A stretch of DNA of 64,000 nucleotides, from positions 3,210,386-3,274,385 of the forward strand of contig OY820932.1 in the NCBI GenBank assembly GCA_963682015.1, read 5' to 3'. The DNA comes from Smithellaceae bacterium (GTDB taxonomy: Bacteria > Desulfobacterota > Syntrophia > Syntrophales > Smithellaceae). Below, piece by piece: positions 9,954 through 19,035 of the stretch (position 1 is the stretch's first letter; each line of letters begins with the position of its first letter). The position numbers were made by a program, and so were the translations under genes. The notes under the pieces are model-generated. The model saw only the letters and a list, made by a program, of their open reading frames with translations, was not told the origin of the DNA and searched no databases.

Positions 9954-10856
9954 ATGAGAAAGAACATTGTCCGCTGCCTGATCGTGGCATGGTGTCTGGC
10001 GGCGCTGTTCGCTTGTCAGGATGACTCGCTGCCGGGGTACAATACTTATTCCGGGACTTACTGCATCACGGCTCGGGATCACATTCTGCAGATTCAGCAG
10101 ACAGGTCTCAGTGTCAGTTTTACACTGACGGCGGATACGCAGACGGTCACAGGATCAGGAACCGTGACCGGGAACAAGATGAAGCTTCAGGCAACAGTGG
10201 ACGGAAAGATACTGGCTCTGGTCCTGGCTTTTGCGGCGGACGGTAAAAGCTTTGTCGGGGAATTTACCCTGGACGGAATGACATCCGCATATGACGGAAC
10301 CAGGGGGAAGTGTCCGGATATTTATCCGTCGGGGGATATCTCATTGATCAGTCCCTATGTGAATTTTACGGACATGGCCTCTGTTCACAGGGGGTTTGGA
10401 TGCAGCGTGACCAGCCCGTGGCAGGAACACAGCGGCCTGGATGTTGTTCCGGCCGGTGATCTCAAGCCGTTTCGGGCGATGGCTTCCGGCAAGGTTGTCG
10501 ACATTACCCCTACCCGTTATCCGGGGAACAACAACTGGATGACCAGTGTCGTGGTGAAATACAATAACGCTTACAGAGTTCTCTATGCTTTTGAAAACCT
10601 GACGCCGAATGACGTGGATCGGGACATTCAACTGGCCAACCTGAATGTTTCCATCGGACAGATCATTGCCCAGGGAGATGTTCTGGGCAGACTGCACACG
10701 GTTGCCGGTACCTATTATCATGTTCATATTTCGCTGATAAAGAACGGAGAGAGAATCTGTCCCGAATCATATTTAACCGCCGATGCCCTTGAGGGCCTCT
10801 ATAATCTGATTCACGTGGAGTATCCGGATTTGCAGATGTGTTATGCATGTGAATGA
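9954..10856 (+). CDS. Lipoprotein with C-terminal M23 (LytM-type) metallopeptidase domain
   Basis: Signal peptide with lipobox-like LFAC. M23 motifs HSGLD (HxxxD) and YHVHIS (HxH). Confidence 0.65.
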   Translation: MRKNIVRCLIVAWCLAALFACQDDSLPGYNTYSGTYCITARDHILQIQQTGLSVSFTLTADTQTVTGSGTVTGNKMKLQATVDGKILALVLAFAADGKSFVGEFTLDGMTSAYDGTRGKCPDIYPSGDISLISPYVNFTDMASVHRGFGCSVTSPWQEHSGLDVVPAGDLKPFRAMASGKVVDITPTRYPGNNNWMTSVVVKYNNAYRVLYAFENLTPNDVDRDIQLANLNVSIGQIIAQGDVLGRLHTVAGTYYHVHISLIKNGERICPESYLTADALEGLYNLIHVEYPDLQMCYACE

Positions 10857-10925
10857 ACGGCTATCGAATGCGGGAAATTGCGAAAAGGAGTTTGCAAACC
10901 AGTCGGCTGTTCCGTAAGGGTCCTG

Positions 10926-11576
10926 TTACGGCAGGAGATTCTTAATAATGAAATCTTCAATCAGCTCGTCGACTTTTTTCCGGGAATATTTCCCTTCAAA
11001 TGTCCATCCACGTATGGCGACGCTGGCCAGCAGACAAAAAAGCATGCTGGATGTAAAAAATGTATCTTTGACTTGAAAGATTCCTTTTTTCACGCCATTG
11101 CGGATATAAGCTTCCGTCTGCCTGATCTGCCTGAGTTCCTGTTTCTTGGCTCGTTCCAGGTACTGAGGCGGCAGCAGGTGCGATTCACGGTACATCAACA
11201 TGATTTCGTTGTGAAATTCATGAATGTTTTTGAGAGCTACCCTTATATTGGTCTCCATCTGCTCCATTGGATCCTCAATGGTTGCGATTTCCGGTCCGTA
11301 GGAAGATTCTTCCACGGTTTCGTGATACGTATCGAAGACGAGGCAAAGAATATCTTCCTTCTTTTCGATGTAGTCATACAGGTTGCCCATGGCCAATCCG
11401 GTTGCTCTGGATATCTCGCGAATCGTTGTGTTTGCATACCCTTTTTTTATGAAAAGCTTTGCTGCTTTTTTCGCGATCAGCAGTTGCTTGTCTTTGACCA
11501 GTTTCGAGTTTTTAATCCTGCTGAACGTGGTCAATGACATCTTTTTCCCGCTGGTTTTCCTAATACTATTTTTCAT
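10926..11576 (-). CDS. TetR/AcrR-family transcriptional regulator
   Basis: HTH segment AAKLFIKKGYANTTIREISRATGLAMGNLYDYIEKKEDIL. The ORF extends to a TTG at 11627. ATG 11576 or ATG 11540 are the likelier starts. Confidence 0.85.
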   Translation of the reverse strand: MKNSIRKTSGKKMSLTTFSRIKNSKLVKDKQLLIAKKAAKLFIKKGYANTTIREISRATGLAMGNLYDYIEKKEDILCLVFDTYHETVEESSYGPEIATIEDPMEQMETNIRVALKNIHEFHNEIMLMYRESHLLPPQYLERAKKQELRQIRQTEAYIRNGVKKGIFQVKDTFFTSSMLFCLLASVAIRGWTFEGKYSRKKVDELIEDFIIKNLLP

Positions 11577-11908
11577 ACGGCCCTTTTCATGATGATACCC
11601 GCATTCGGATGGGGAAAGTATTTGCAATGCCTCTTCCCTTTCGACTCACCATTTTTCCCCATAGCAATTAATAAAAATAAAATAAAGATAATTTTCCCTT
11701 GCGCCGTAAAACAATGCATGGTAGGCCATTCACGAACTGGCAAAAGCGAGCGCCCGCTCTTATTTTTTCGATGGACGTGGATAGTTATTGAAACAAAAAG
11801 CAGAGCCCCGGAGATTTCAGTCACCGTCCCTTGTTTTTCTGTAAACGTCGGTTTTTCGGTCAAAAACCAGAGACACCGATAGAAAATAATCATGAGAGGA
11901 GATATAGA

Positions 11909-12781
11909 ATGGATCCTACCGTATCGATGTACATATCCCAGGGGATTCACGGGATAGCGTACGGGATGATATTGTTTTTGATTGCATCGGGATTGAACAT
12001 TATCTTTGGGATGATGGGGATTTTGAACATGGCCCACGCGGTGTTTTTCATGCTGGCGGCGTACATTTGTTACGCGGTGGTGGGGCTTACCGGGAGCTTC
12101 TGGGCGGGATTGCTGGTGGCTCCGTTGGTGACGGCGATGTTGGGCATCGTAATGGAGCGGGTGTTTTTGCGGACGGCGCACAAAGTGGGGCACTTTGGAG
12201 AACTGATTTTGACGATGGGCATCGGGAGCGTGATCGTGGCGGCCATCAAGAAGATCTGGGGGACGGAGAGCATGCCTCTGCAGGTACCGGATTTACTTCA
12301 GGGAATGGTGAACATTTTCGGGATATCCTACCCGATATACCGCCTGTTCGTGATCGGCCTGGCGCTGGTCATCCTGGTATTCATGATGCTGCTTTTGTAC
12401 CGGACGCGCCTGGGAAAGATCGTACGTGCGGCGGTGTCGGACCGGGACATGGTGAACGCTTTGGGGATCAACATCAATCTCGTGTTCATGTTCGTATTCG
12501 GAGTCGGCACATGGATGGCGGGAATCGCGGGTGTGGCCATTGCGCCGATTCTGACGGTGTTTCCGGGGCTGTCGGATCAGGTGGGGATGGACGCATTCAT
12601 CGTGGTGGTGACGGGCGGATTCGGGAGCCTGGCGGGGGCGTTTATCGTCTCGCTGATCTTCGGGCTTTTGAGCTCCTACGGCGTCCAGTTCGTGTCCCAG
12701 TTTGCGCCGGTTTTGATGGTGGTGTTCATGGCCATCGTCCTGGCGTTTCGCCCTAACGGACTATTTGGAGTGAAGGAATGA
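11909..12781 (+). CDS. livH: ABC transporter permease, LivH/HAAT family
   Basis: 290 aa polytopic protein. ATG 11909 follows GAGAGGAG and equals the start of the identical copy at 45110. The longer ORF from 11831 is probably not used. Confidence 0.9.
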   Translation: MDPTVSMYISQGIHGIAYGMILFLIASGLNIIFGMMGILNMAHAVFFMLAAYICYAVVGLTGSFWAGLLVAPLVTAMLGIVMERVFLRTAHKVGHFGELILTMGIGSVIVAAIKKIWGTESMPLQVPDLLQGMVNIFGISYPIYRLFVIGLALVILVFMMLLLYRTRLGKIVRAAVSDRDMVNALGININLVFMFVFGVGTWMAGIAGVAIAPILTVFPGLSDQVGMDAFIVVVTGGFGSLAGAFIVSLIFGLLSSYGVQFVSQFAPVLMVVFMAIVLAFRPNGLFGVKE

Positions 12782-13770
12782 CGACCATGAACAATAAAGC
12801 AAAAAACATAATTTTGTGGCTGATACTGCTGGCCTTTCTGGCCTTTTTCCCCAAACTGTTCGGAGTGTACTACACGAACATGGTGGTAACCTTCGCGATC
12901 TTCTCCGTATATGCTTTGTCGTTGAACATGCTGATGGGGTACACGGGACTGTTGAGTTTCGGACACGCCATGTTTTTCGGGTTTGGCGGCTACGGCACGG
13001 CGCTGGCATTGAAGCATATTGAAGGGATCGGGGTCTTTCCGGCCATCGGCATCGGCGTCCTGGCGGCGGCGGTCCTGGCCTTGATTTTGTGCCCCCTGGT
13101 GGTCCGGGTGAGCGGGACGGCATTCGCGATGCTGCATCTGGCGTTTGGACAACTGTTATACGTTCTGGCCCTGAAGTTATATCCGATTACGGGCGGAGAA
13201 GACGGGATCGCGAACTTTCCGGTACCGGGACTCTTTACCGAGAGCCTGAAGAGCTCCCCGGAACACATGTATTACCTGGCCATGATTGTCCTGGGATTCT
13301 GCGTCTGGCTGATGTGGTTTGTCACCAAGACCCCGTTTGGACAGATCCAGGTGGGGATCCGGGACAACGCCAAGAGAATCGACTACCTGGGCTACAAAGT
13401 GCCGCAGTCGAAAGCGGTGGTTTATACCCTGTCGGCGGTGTTTGCCGGCGTGGCGGGCTCCTTCTACGGCCTGTTCCACAACCTGGTATCGGCGGACGGC
13501 TCGCTGGGGATCGGGATGTCCTTTTCACCGATCGTCTGCATCATGATCGGAGGCGTGGGAAGCTTTTTCGGTCCGATGATGGGGACGGCGGTGTTTCAGC
13601 TCATCGACGAGTTGATCCTGCGGTACACGGAGAGCACGGAGCTGGTGATGGGCATCATCCTGGTTGCGGTGGTCATGTTTATGCCGATGGGCTTTACGGG
13701 ATTGTTTAAGATGGGATGGTTGAAGGTAAAAGCCCGGTTTGCCCCGAAAGCGAAGGAGAAGGCGTCATGA
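12778..13770 (+). CDS. livM: ABC transporter permease, LivM/HAAT family
   Basis: 330 aa polytopic protein whose start overlaps the livH stop (ATGA). Typical LivM core LSFGHAMFFGFGGY. Confidence 0.9.
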   Translation: MTTMNNKAKNIILWLILLAFLAFFPKLFGVYYTNMVVTFAIFSVYALSLNMLMGYTGLLSFGHAMFFGFGGYGTALALKHIEGIGVFPAIGIGVLAAAVLALILCPLVVRVSGTAFAMLHLAFGQLLYVLALKLYPITGGEDGIANFPVPGLFTESLKSSPEHMYYLAMIVLGFCVWLMWFVTKTPFGQIQVGIRDNAKRIDYLGYKVPQSKAVVYTLSAVFAGVAGSFYGLFHNLVSADGSLGIGMSFSPIVCIMIGGVGSFFGPMMGTAVFQLIDELILRYTESTELVMGIILVAVVMFMPMGFTGLFKMGWLKVKARFAPKAKEKAS

Positions 13771-14516
13771 ATAATATACTGGAGACAAAAGATTTAAAGC
13801 ACAGTTTCGGTCCGTTGAGAGTGCTGTTCGGGGTGGACCTGCAGATTGCGGAAGGGGAGCGACACGCGGTGATCGGCCCCAACGGCGCGGGGAAGACGAC
13901 CTTGTTCAACACCATTACAGGGACATACCACCCGACCCACGGCAAGGTATTCTTCAAGGGGAATGACATTACGGGATTTCCGCCGCACAAGCTGGCGAGA
14001 ATCGGGATCGGGCGTTCCTTTCAGATTACCAGTACCTTTACGTACCTGACGGCGTTTCAGAACATCCGCCTGGCGATTTTGTCGAAAGACGGGGTCCGGT
14101 TCAATCTGTTTCGGAAAGTGGACCGGATGGAGAAGCTGACGGAAGAGACCAACGCGATGCTCAAAAGGATCAACTTGTATGAAGACCGCAACGTGATGGC
14201 CTGCAACCTGTCGTACGGGAAGTCCAGAGCGCTGGAGATCAGCATGGCTCTGGCGACGGACCCGGAGCTGGTTCTGCTGGATGAGTTTGCGGCGGGGATG
14301 TCGAAGGAAGAGACGGCCGACGCGGTAGCCCTGATCCGGAATCTGACCCAGGGGAAGACCGTGGTGCTCATCGAGCACGATATGGACGTGGTGTTCAACC
14401 TGGCGGACCGGATCACCGTATTACATTACGGGAAGATCCTGGCGACGGGGAAGCCGGAAGAGATCCGGAACAATCAGGCTGTGAAAGACGCCTATCTGGG
14501 CGATCTGGAAGTATAA
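13767..14516 (+). CDS. livG: ABC transporter ATP-binding protein, LivG-like
   Basis: Walker A GPNGAGKTT, signature LSYGKSRALE, Walker B LVLLDE. ATG 13767 (MNNILETKDL) overlaps the livM stop. Confidence 0.9.
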   Translation: MNNILETKDLKHSFGPLRVLFGVDLQIAEGERHAVIGPNGAGKTTLFNTITGTYHPTHGKVFFKGNDITGFPPHKLARIGIGRSFQITSTFTYLTAFQNIRLAILSKDGVRFNLFRKVDRMEKLTEETNAMLKRINLYEDRNVMACNLSYGKSRALEISMALATDPELVLLDEFAAGMSKEETADAVALIRNLTQGKTVVLIEHDMDVVFNLADRITVLHYGKILATGKPEEIRNNQAVKDAYLGDLEV

Positions 14517-14583
14517 AGGATAAGATGAAACGGCTCTTTTTGCGAAGCCGTAGAAACCCTCTCAAAAATATGAGGAGACGCAT

Positions 14584-15300
14584 ATGTTACTGGAAGTAAA
14601 GAATCTAAACACTCACTATGGACCGAGCCACGTATTGCAGGGAATCAACCTGAGTATTGCGGACGGGGAGCTGGTGGCTCTTCTGGGAAGAAACGGGATG
14701 GGGAAGAGCACGACGTTGAAGAGCATCATGGGGATGGTGAAACCCACCTCCGGTTCCGTCATGTTTCAGGGGCAGGAGATTGCGGGTCTTCCTCCGTATA
14801 AGGTGGCCAGGGCAGGGATCGGCTATGTTCCCGAAGAGAGAAGAATCTTTCCGGAGCTGACCGTTTTGGACAATCTGCTTCTGGGGATTAAAGACGGGAA
14901 GGTCCGGAACCCGAACGATCCGAATACGTGGACGATCGAGCGGATTTTCCATCACTTTCCGAAGCTGGCGGAGCGGACGAATCAGGCGGGCGGACGACTC
15001 TCCGGCGGGGAGCAGCAGATGCTGTCGATCGGCCGGTCGCTGATGGGGAATCCGAAGTTATTGCTGGTGGATGAGCCGTCGGAGGGATTATCGCCGATCA
15101 TGGTGCAGGAAGTGCGCAACGTTCTGGCGGAGATCAACAAGGCCGGAGTGTCGGTGCTGCTGGTGGAGCATAACCTGAAGGTGGCTCTGTCCCTGGCGAA
15201 CCGGGTCTACCTGATGTCCAAGGCCTGCATCGGCTGCGAAGCCACCGCCACCGAAGTCAAAGACAACCATGAGCTCCGCGCTCAATATCTCGAAGCGTAA
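14584..15300 (+). CDS. livF: ABC transporter ATP-binding protein, LivF-like
   Basis: Walker A GRNGMGKST, signature LSGGEQQML, Walker B LLLVDEPS. Confidence 0.9.
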   Translation: MLLEVKNLNTHYGPSHVLQGINLSIADGELVALLGRNGMGKSTTLKSIMGMVKPTSGSVMFQGQEIAGLPPYKVARAGIGYVPEERRIFPELTVLDNLLLGIKDGKVRNPNDPNTWTIERIFHHFPKLAERTNQAGGRLSGGEQQMLSIGRSLMGNPKLLLVDEPSEGLSPIMVQEVRNVLAEINKAGVSVLLVEHNLKVALSLANRVYLMSKACIGCEATATEVKDNHELRAQYLEA

Positions 15301-15317
15301 CGCGTCGAGATATTTTC
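15284..15317 (+). terminator. Hairpin enclosing the livF stop codon (weak attenuator/terminator candidate, locus 1 only)
   Basis: AATATCTCGA (15284-15293) pairs perfectly with TCGAGATATT (15305-15314), and the inner GCG/CGC leaves TAA as the loop. TTTC follows. The right arm lies outside the repeat, so copy 2 lacks the hairpin. Confidence 0.4.
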
Positions 15318-15401
15318 ATGATTTCCGAAAGCAGGAGGGATGACCGCAATATATTTGGAAGCGTAACGTGCAAGAGAGCATGATCGTAATAAGGGGGAAG
15401 C

Positions 15402-16448
15402 ATGACAGCTGAAAACAGTAAGGTGATGAGCGTTCGTGATGCCATATCCAGATTTGTTCACGACGGCGATGAACTGGTAATCGGAAATTATACGGTCGGG
15501 AGTTGCGCGGAACTCGTTTATGAGGTTGTCCGCCAGGGACGCAGAGGATTGACCGTTTTTTCACAATCCGGGATTTTTGATGTGGAGGTCCTGGTCGGCG
15601 CGGGTTGCACCGATAAACTGATCAGCACTTACGTGTTGAGAGCTGGAGGGAAAAAAGGCGGATCGGCCGTGGAAAGGGCGCTGAATGCCGGAACCCTGCA
15701 GGTCGAAGACTATACAAACTTTCAGTACAATGCCCGGCTGGTGGCGGGCATGCATGGCTTTTCCTATATCCAGGTGCTGGAAGGCGCAATAGCGACGGAT
15801 ATTTTCAAGAAACGCAGCTTCATGGGAGAAAATAAATTTCGCATCATCAAGTGCCCCTATACGGGAAAAGATCAGTTGACGGTGCCGGCGGCCAATCCGG
15901 ATGTCTGCATCGTCCATGTACAGCGCTGCGACAGGTTTGGCAATGCGCAGTACTGGGGGGCTCTCGGCAGCGTCGCCGCCGCCGCACTGGCCAGCAAACG
16001 CATTATTGTTTCCTGCGAAGAAATCGTCGAACATGACATCATCCAATCTAGTCCTCACCTGACAATCATTCCCGCCTATCGCGTAGACGCAGTGTGTGAA
16101 GTTCCCTGGGGAGCCAACCCGACGGAAGTTCTCGGATACTATAATCTGGACCAGTTTATGTACGGATTGTTCCTGATGATGGACGGTACAGCCGATGGTT
16201 TGAAGGCTTGGATGGACGAATGGGTTTACGGCTGTGAGAACCGCGCCGCATATATCGATCACTATATTCAGAAATTCGGCAGCAGGAATCTGGATGGCCT
16301 CCGCTGCAAACCCTACTATTCAGCTCCGGCCAATTACGGAATTGCTTTCACCTCCCGTTGGACGAACGATGGAGTGGAACGCGCCATCGGAATGTCACTT
16401 TCGGAATTCGAACAGACATTAAGGGAAAGGGGGAAGCTCTATGAGTAA
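15402..16448 (+). CDS. Family-I CoA-transferase, subunit A (GctA-like)
   Basis: 348 aa with N-terminal MSVRDAISRFVHDGDELVIGN. Overlaps the subunit B gene. Paralogue at 48555-49601. Confidence 0.8.
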   Translation: MTAENSKVMSVRDAISRFVHDGDELVIGNYTVGSCAELVYEVVRQGRRGLTVFSQSGIFDVEVLVGAGCTDKLISTYVLRAGGKKGGSAVERALNAGTLQVEDYTNFQYNARLVAGMHGFSYIQVLEGAIATDIFKKRSFMGENKFRIIKCPYTGKDQLTVPAANPDVCIVHVQRCDRFGNAQYWGALGSVAAAALASKRIIVSCEEIVEHDIIQSSPHLTIIPAYRVDAVCEVPWGANPTEVLGYYNLDQFMYGLFLMMDGTADGLKAWMDEWVYGCENRAAYIDHYIQKFGSRNLDGLRCKPYYSAPANYGIAFTSRWTNDGVERAIGMSLSEFEQTLRERGKLYE

Positions 16449-17253
16449 ACCATATACGCTGCAGGAACTGCTGGTGATCGCGGTTGCAAGAGAAATTCAT
16501 GATTATGAGAATGTGATTCTGGGCGTCGGTCTGCCGACAACGGCGGGTGCCGTGGCCAAAGCCCTGTATGCGCCTCATGCGACACTGATGATGGAGTCCG
16601 GCATTATCGATTTTGAACCGCTTCTGCCGCTCAATCATATCGCCGACGCCCATTCCTGCCGGGGATTTTCCTACGCCACGGATCTGTTTTCCGCCTTTAC
16701 CATGACGTATCGTGGTTTCGTGGATGTCTGTTTCCTCGGCGTCGGGCAGGTCGATAAATACGGGAATCTGAACACCACCTGCATCGGCGACTACTATAAA
16801 CCGACCATGCGCCTGCCGGGTTCGGGCGGTGCGTGCGATTTTCTGTCCTACGCCAAGCGCACGGTTCTGACCATGCTGGGCGGCAATTTTGTGGAAAAGC
16901 TCGATTATTTCACATCACCCGGATACCTGGATGGCGGGAACAGCCGGGACGAATCGGGATTGTTCCCGAAAGGGACGGGACCGACCATGCTTCTTTCCAC
17001 CAAAGGTATTTTCCGTTTTGATTCCGTGACCAAAGAAATTTATCTGGCCCAGATTCATCCCCGGGTAACGCTGGAAGACGTGAAGAAAGACGTTCCCTGG
17101 GATTTGAAAATTTCTCCGGATTTGTCGGAAACGCCGCATCCCACGGACGAAGAAATAGATTTCATTCGCCGCTTCTCACCGGCTGCGTCAGCCGGGCGGG
17201 AACTGGCCATGGAATTGATGATTACGAATTTAATGAAGCAAAGCAAGGGGTGA
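16441..17253 (+). CDS. Family-I CoA-transferase, subunit B (GctB-like)
   Basis: 270 aa. LMMESGIIDF carries Glu52 in an ESG motif, at the position of the catalytic beta-subunit glutamate of glutaconate CoA-transferase. Confidence 0.8.
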   Translation: MSKPYTLQELLVIAVAREIHDYENVILGVGLPTTAGAVAKALYAPHATLMMESGIIDFEPLLPLNHIADAHSCRGFSYATDLFSAFTMTYRGFVDVCFLGVGQVDKYGNLNTTCIGDYYKPTMRLPGSGGACDFLSYAKRTVLTMLGGNFVEKLDYFTSPGYLDGGNSRDESGLFPKGTGPTMLLSTKGIFRFDSVTKEIYLAQIHPRVTLEDVKKDVPWDLKISPDLSETPHPTDEEIDFIRRFSPAASAGRELAMELMITNLMKQSKG

Positions 17254-17307
17254 TTCACGGCAGGCTCGCTATACGAGAACAATTAAATAGAAAGGAAGGT
17301 AGCGGAA

Positions 17308-18783
17308 ATGAGAAGAACTGGCAAAATGATTTTCATGATTTTGATGAGTGTTCTGCTTATCGGTACCCTGTCACTGGCCATGGCGGCGAAAGACGATAAA
17401 GCCTCAAAAGCGAAAGCTAAGGCAAAGGCTGCCAAGACACAGGTGATCCCTGCGGCGAAAGCTGCTTTTGATGCCAGCAAGATGGGCAACATGAGCGGCT
17501 GGGATCCCGCCAACTGGGTGAATCCCGAAGGCGATGTCGTTCGTCTGGCCATTATCTGGCCCCATTCAGGTCCCGGTGCATTCAACGGTCAAATGGCATG
17601 GCTGTGCGCTACCTTTGTAGCTTATGATATCAATCAACGCGGGGGTATTCTGGTCGACGGAAAAAAGAAAAAGATCGCTTTGATTAAAGCCGACAGTCAG
17701 TCCAACCCGGATATCGCCAAAAAAGTTTGCGAGAGAATGGTTCTTCAGGAAAAAGCAGATGTCCTCGTTGGCACATCGGGCAGCAATATCATGAAGATCA
17801 TCAATTCGGTCGGAGGCAAGTACAAAGTAATATCTTTAAATATTGCATCGCTGGCCGATGACCTTCAGGATGCAACCAATTTCTCCCGTTACGCTTTCAT
17901 GACATCCGATTCGGTGGACGCGGTGGGCCGCGGTGTGGCCTATTTTTACGGCCAGATTCGCAAGAAAGAGAAAAAGTTCTATATTCTCTGCCAGGATTAT
18001 TCCTTCGGTCGCGGTCTGGCCGATGGTTTCAAAAAGGGTTTGAAAGAATACTATCCGGAAGCGCAAATCGTGGGCGAAGATTACCATAAGCTTTTCCTTA
18101 CGGACTTTGCTCCCTACCTGACGAAAATCAAAGCAGCCGGTGCGGAAGTTATTTATACCGGGGACTGGACCCCGGATGCGGGTAACCTCTTGAAACAATC
18201 CCGTCAGATGGGCATTAATATCCCCTTTGCGAACATTTTCATGGATGAACCTCTCATGCTGTCGGAAGTCGGCGTGGAGGGGACCAAGGGCCTCATGAAT
18301 ATCAAACACTATGAGACAACAGGCGCGGCCTTCACCAGCCCCGGCATGAAGAAATACTACACGGCGTGGAACACCGAATGGAAAAAATTTACGGTGGCGC
18401 CCTTCAACAGCGTCACGTTTACCTGGCCGTGGGGCACGTTCGGTTTCTGGACGCAGCAACTTTACTGGTTCGTGAGCGTCATGGAGAGAGCCGGCAGTAC
18501 CAACGCGGAAAAGATCATTCCGGTTTTCGAGGGGGATTCCTACCAGTTTGTCAGCGGCCGCGTGGTCAAGATGCGTGCCTGCGATCACAAGGCCATCCAG
18601 GGATTCCGGATGTGCGAATTTGTTCCGCCCGATCAGCAGAAGGTGTCCATGAATATGCCGCCGTATTACTGGTCGAAACAGAGTTCGATGTGCGGTCCGA
18701 CCTGGGAAATTCCGGCGGAAAAAGTTCTGCCTTGGATGGATGATAAACTGGATCGCTGCAAGGGGAAGAACGGAGCCGAATAA
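17308..18783 (+). CDS. Periplasmic substrate-binding protein, LivK/Peripla_BP_6-like, long form (paralogue 1 of 3)
   Basis: Signal peptide MIFMILMSVLLIGTLSLAMA. Core LAIIWPHSGPGAFNG, YYGQIRKKEKKFYILCQDYSFGR and MRACDHK. 491 aa. Confidence 0.85.
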   Translation: MRRTGKMIFMILMSVLLIGTLSLAMAAKDDKASKAKAKAKAAKTQVIPAAKAAFDASKMGNMSGWDPANWVNPEGDVVRLAIIWPHSGPGAFNGQMAWLCATFVAYDINQRGGILVDGKKKKIALIKADSQSNPDIAKKVCERMVLQEKADVLVGTSGSNIMKIINSVGGKYKVISLNIASLADDLQDATNFSRYAFMTSDSVDAVGRGVAYFYGQIRKKEKKFYILCQDYSFGRGLADGFKKGLKEYYPEAQIVGEDYHKLFLTDFAPYLTKIKAAGAEVIYTGDWTPDAGNLLKQSRQMGINIPFANIFMDEPLMLSEVGVEGTKGLMNIKHYETTGAAFTSPGMKKYYTAWNTEWKKFTVAPFNSVTFTWPWGTFGFWTQQLYWFVSVMERAGSTNAEKIIPVFEGDSYQFVSGRVVKMRACDHKAIQGFRMCEFVPPDQQKVSMNMPPYYWSKQSSMCGPTWEIPAEKVLPWMDDKLDRCKGKNGAE

Positions 18784-18834
18784 AGACGAAACAACAGTTT
18801 GATGGTTTGTTAATCCCGAAACAAAGCCAACAAT

Positions 18835-18880
18835 AAGAGGGGGACTCAATCTTCAGTCGGATGAGTTCCCCTCTTTTTTT
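18835..18880 (+). terminator. Rho-independent terminator after the binding-protein gene
   Basis: AAGAGGGGGACTCA / TGAGTTCCCCTCTT stem (one mismatch) followed by TTTTTTT. Confidence 0.8.
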
Positions 18881-18903
18881 CAGGGTTGCCTTTTTCTCCC
18901 GGG

Positions 18904-18940
18904 AAAAAAGAGAGGGCTCATGTCCATCAGCATGAGCCCT
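18904..18940 (-). terminator. Rho-independent terminator of the convergent ACAD-SMP30-HBD operon
   Basis: AGGGCTCATG / CATGAGCCCT stem. The A-run 18904-18909 on the plus strand is the U-tract on the minus strand. Confidence 0.7.
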
Positions 18941-19035
18941 TCCGGGGAAGGAGCCCTAGGAGTGCGGGCCCCAAAAAAGTGTGAAAGCCGAAATCGGATT
19001 CACACATGAAAAGACCTGTTTGCCCGAATACGGTC

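Larger units (their letters stand above)
11906..15301 (+). repeat. Copy 1 of a 3,396-bp direct repeat (partner 45107-48502, offset 33,201)
   Basis: All stretches I aligned by eye and all six-frame ORF translations are identical. The only difference found is A15240 versus G48441. Identity starts 3 nt before the livH ATG and ends 1 nt after the livF TAA. Confidence 0.95.

Noticed and set aside
11611-11626. gGGGAA-AGTAT-TTGCA, a possible sigma-54 promoter in the TetR/livH divergent region. Also TGGCAA-N-GAGC at 11737.
   Set aside because: The -24 half matches only GG and A. It lies about 280 nt from the livH start and has no upstream dyad. The 11737 element has the wrong GG-to-GC spacing. Locus 1 transport genes are more likely TetR/sigma-70 controlled, but I could not identify a convincing operator or -35/-10 pair either.
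12067-12756. Gly/Arg-rich 229-aa alternative-frame ORF inside livH, and the minus-strand ORF MPHFVRRPQKH... (11573-12193). Both reappear at 45040-45957 and 44882-45394.
   Set aside because: They recur only because they lie inside the 3.4-kb repeat. Their composition (GGDGR repeats, poly-basic runs) is not protein-like, and they overlap well-supported permease genes.
11906-15301. Possibility that the repeated block is a mobile element (IS, transposon or integrative cassette).
   Set aside because: There is no transposase, integrase or recombinase gene and no terminal inverted repeats or target-site duplications at either copy. The boundaries coincide with the start and stop of a functional four-gene transporter core. 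Gene conversion or segmental replacement (or misassembly) fits better.
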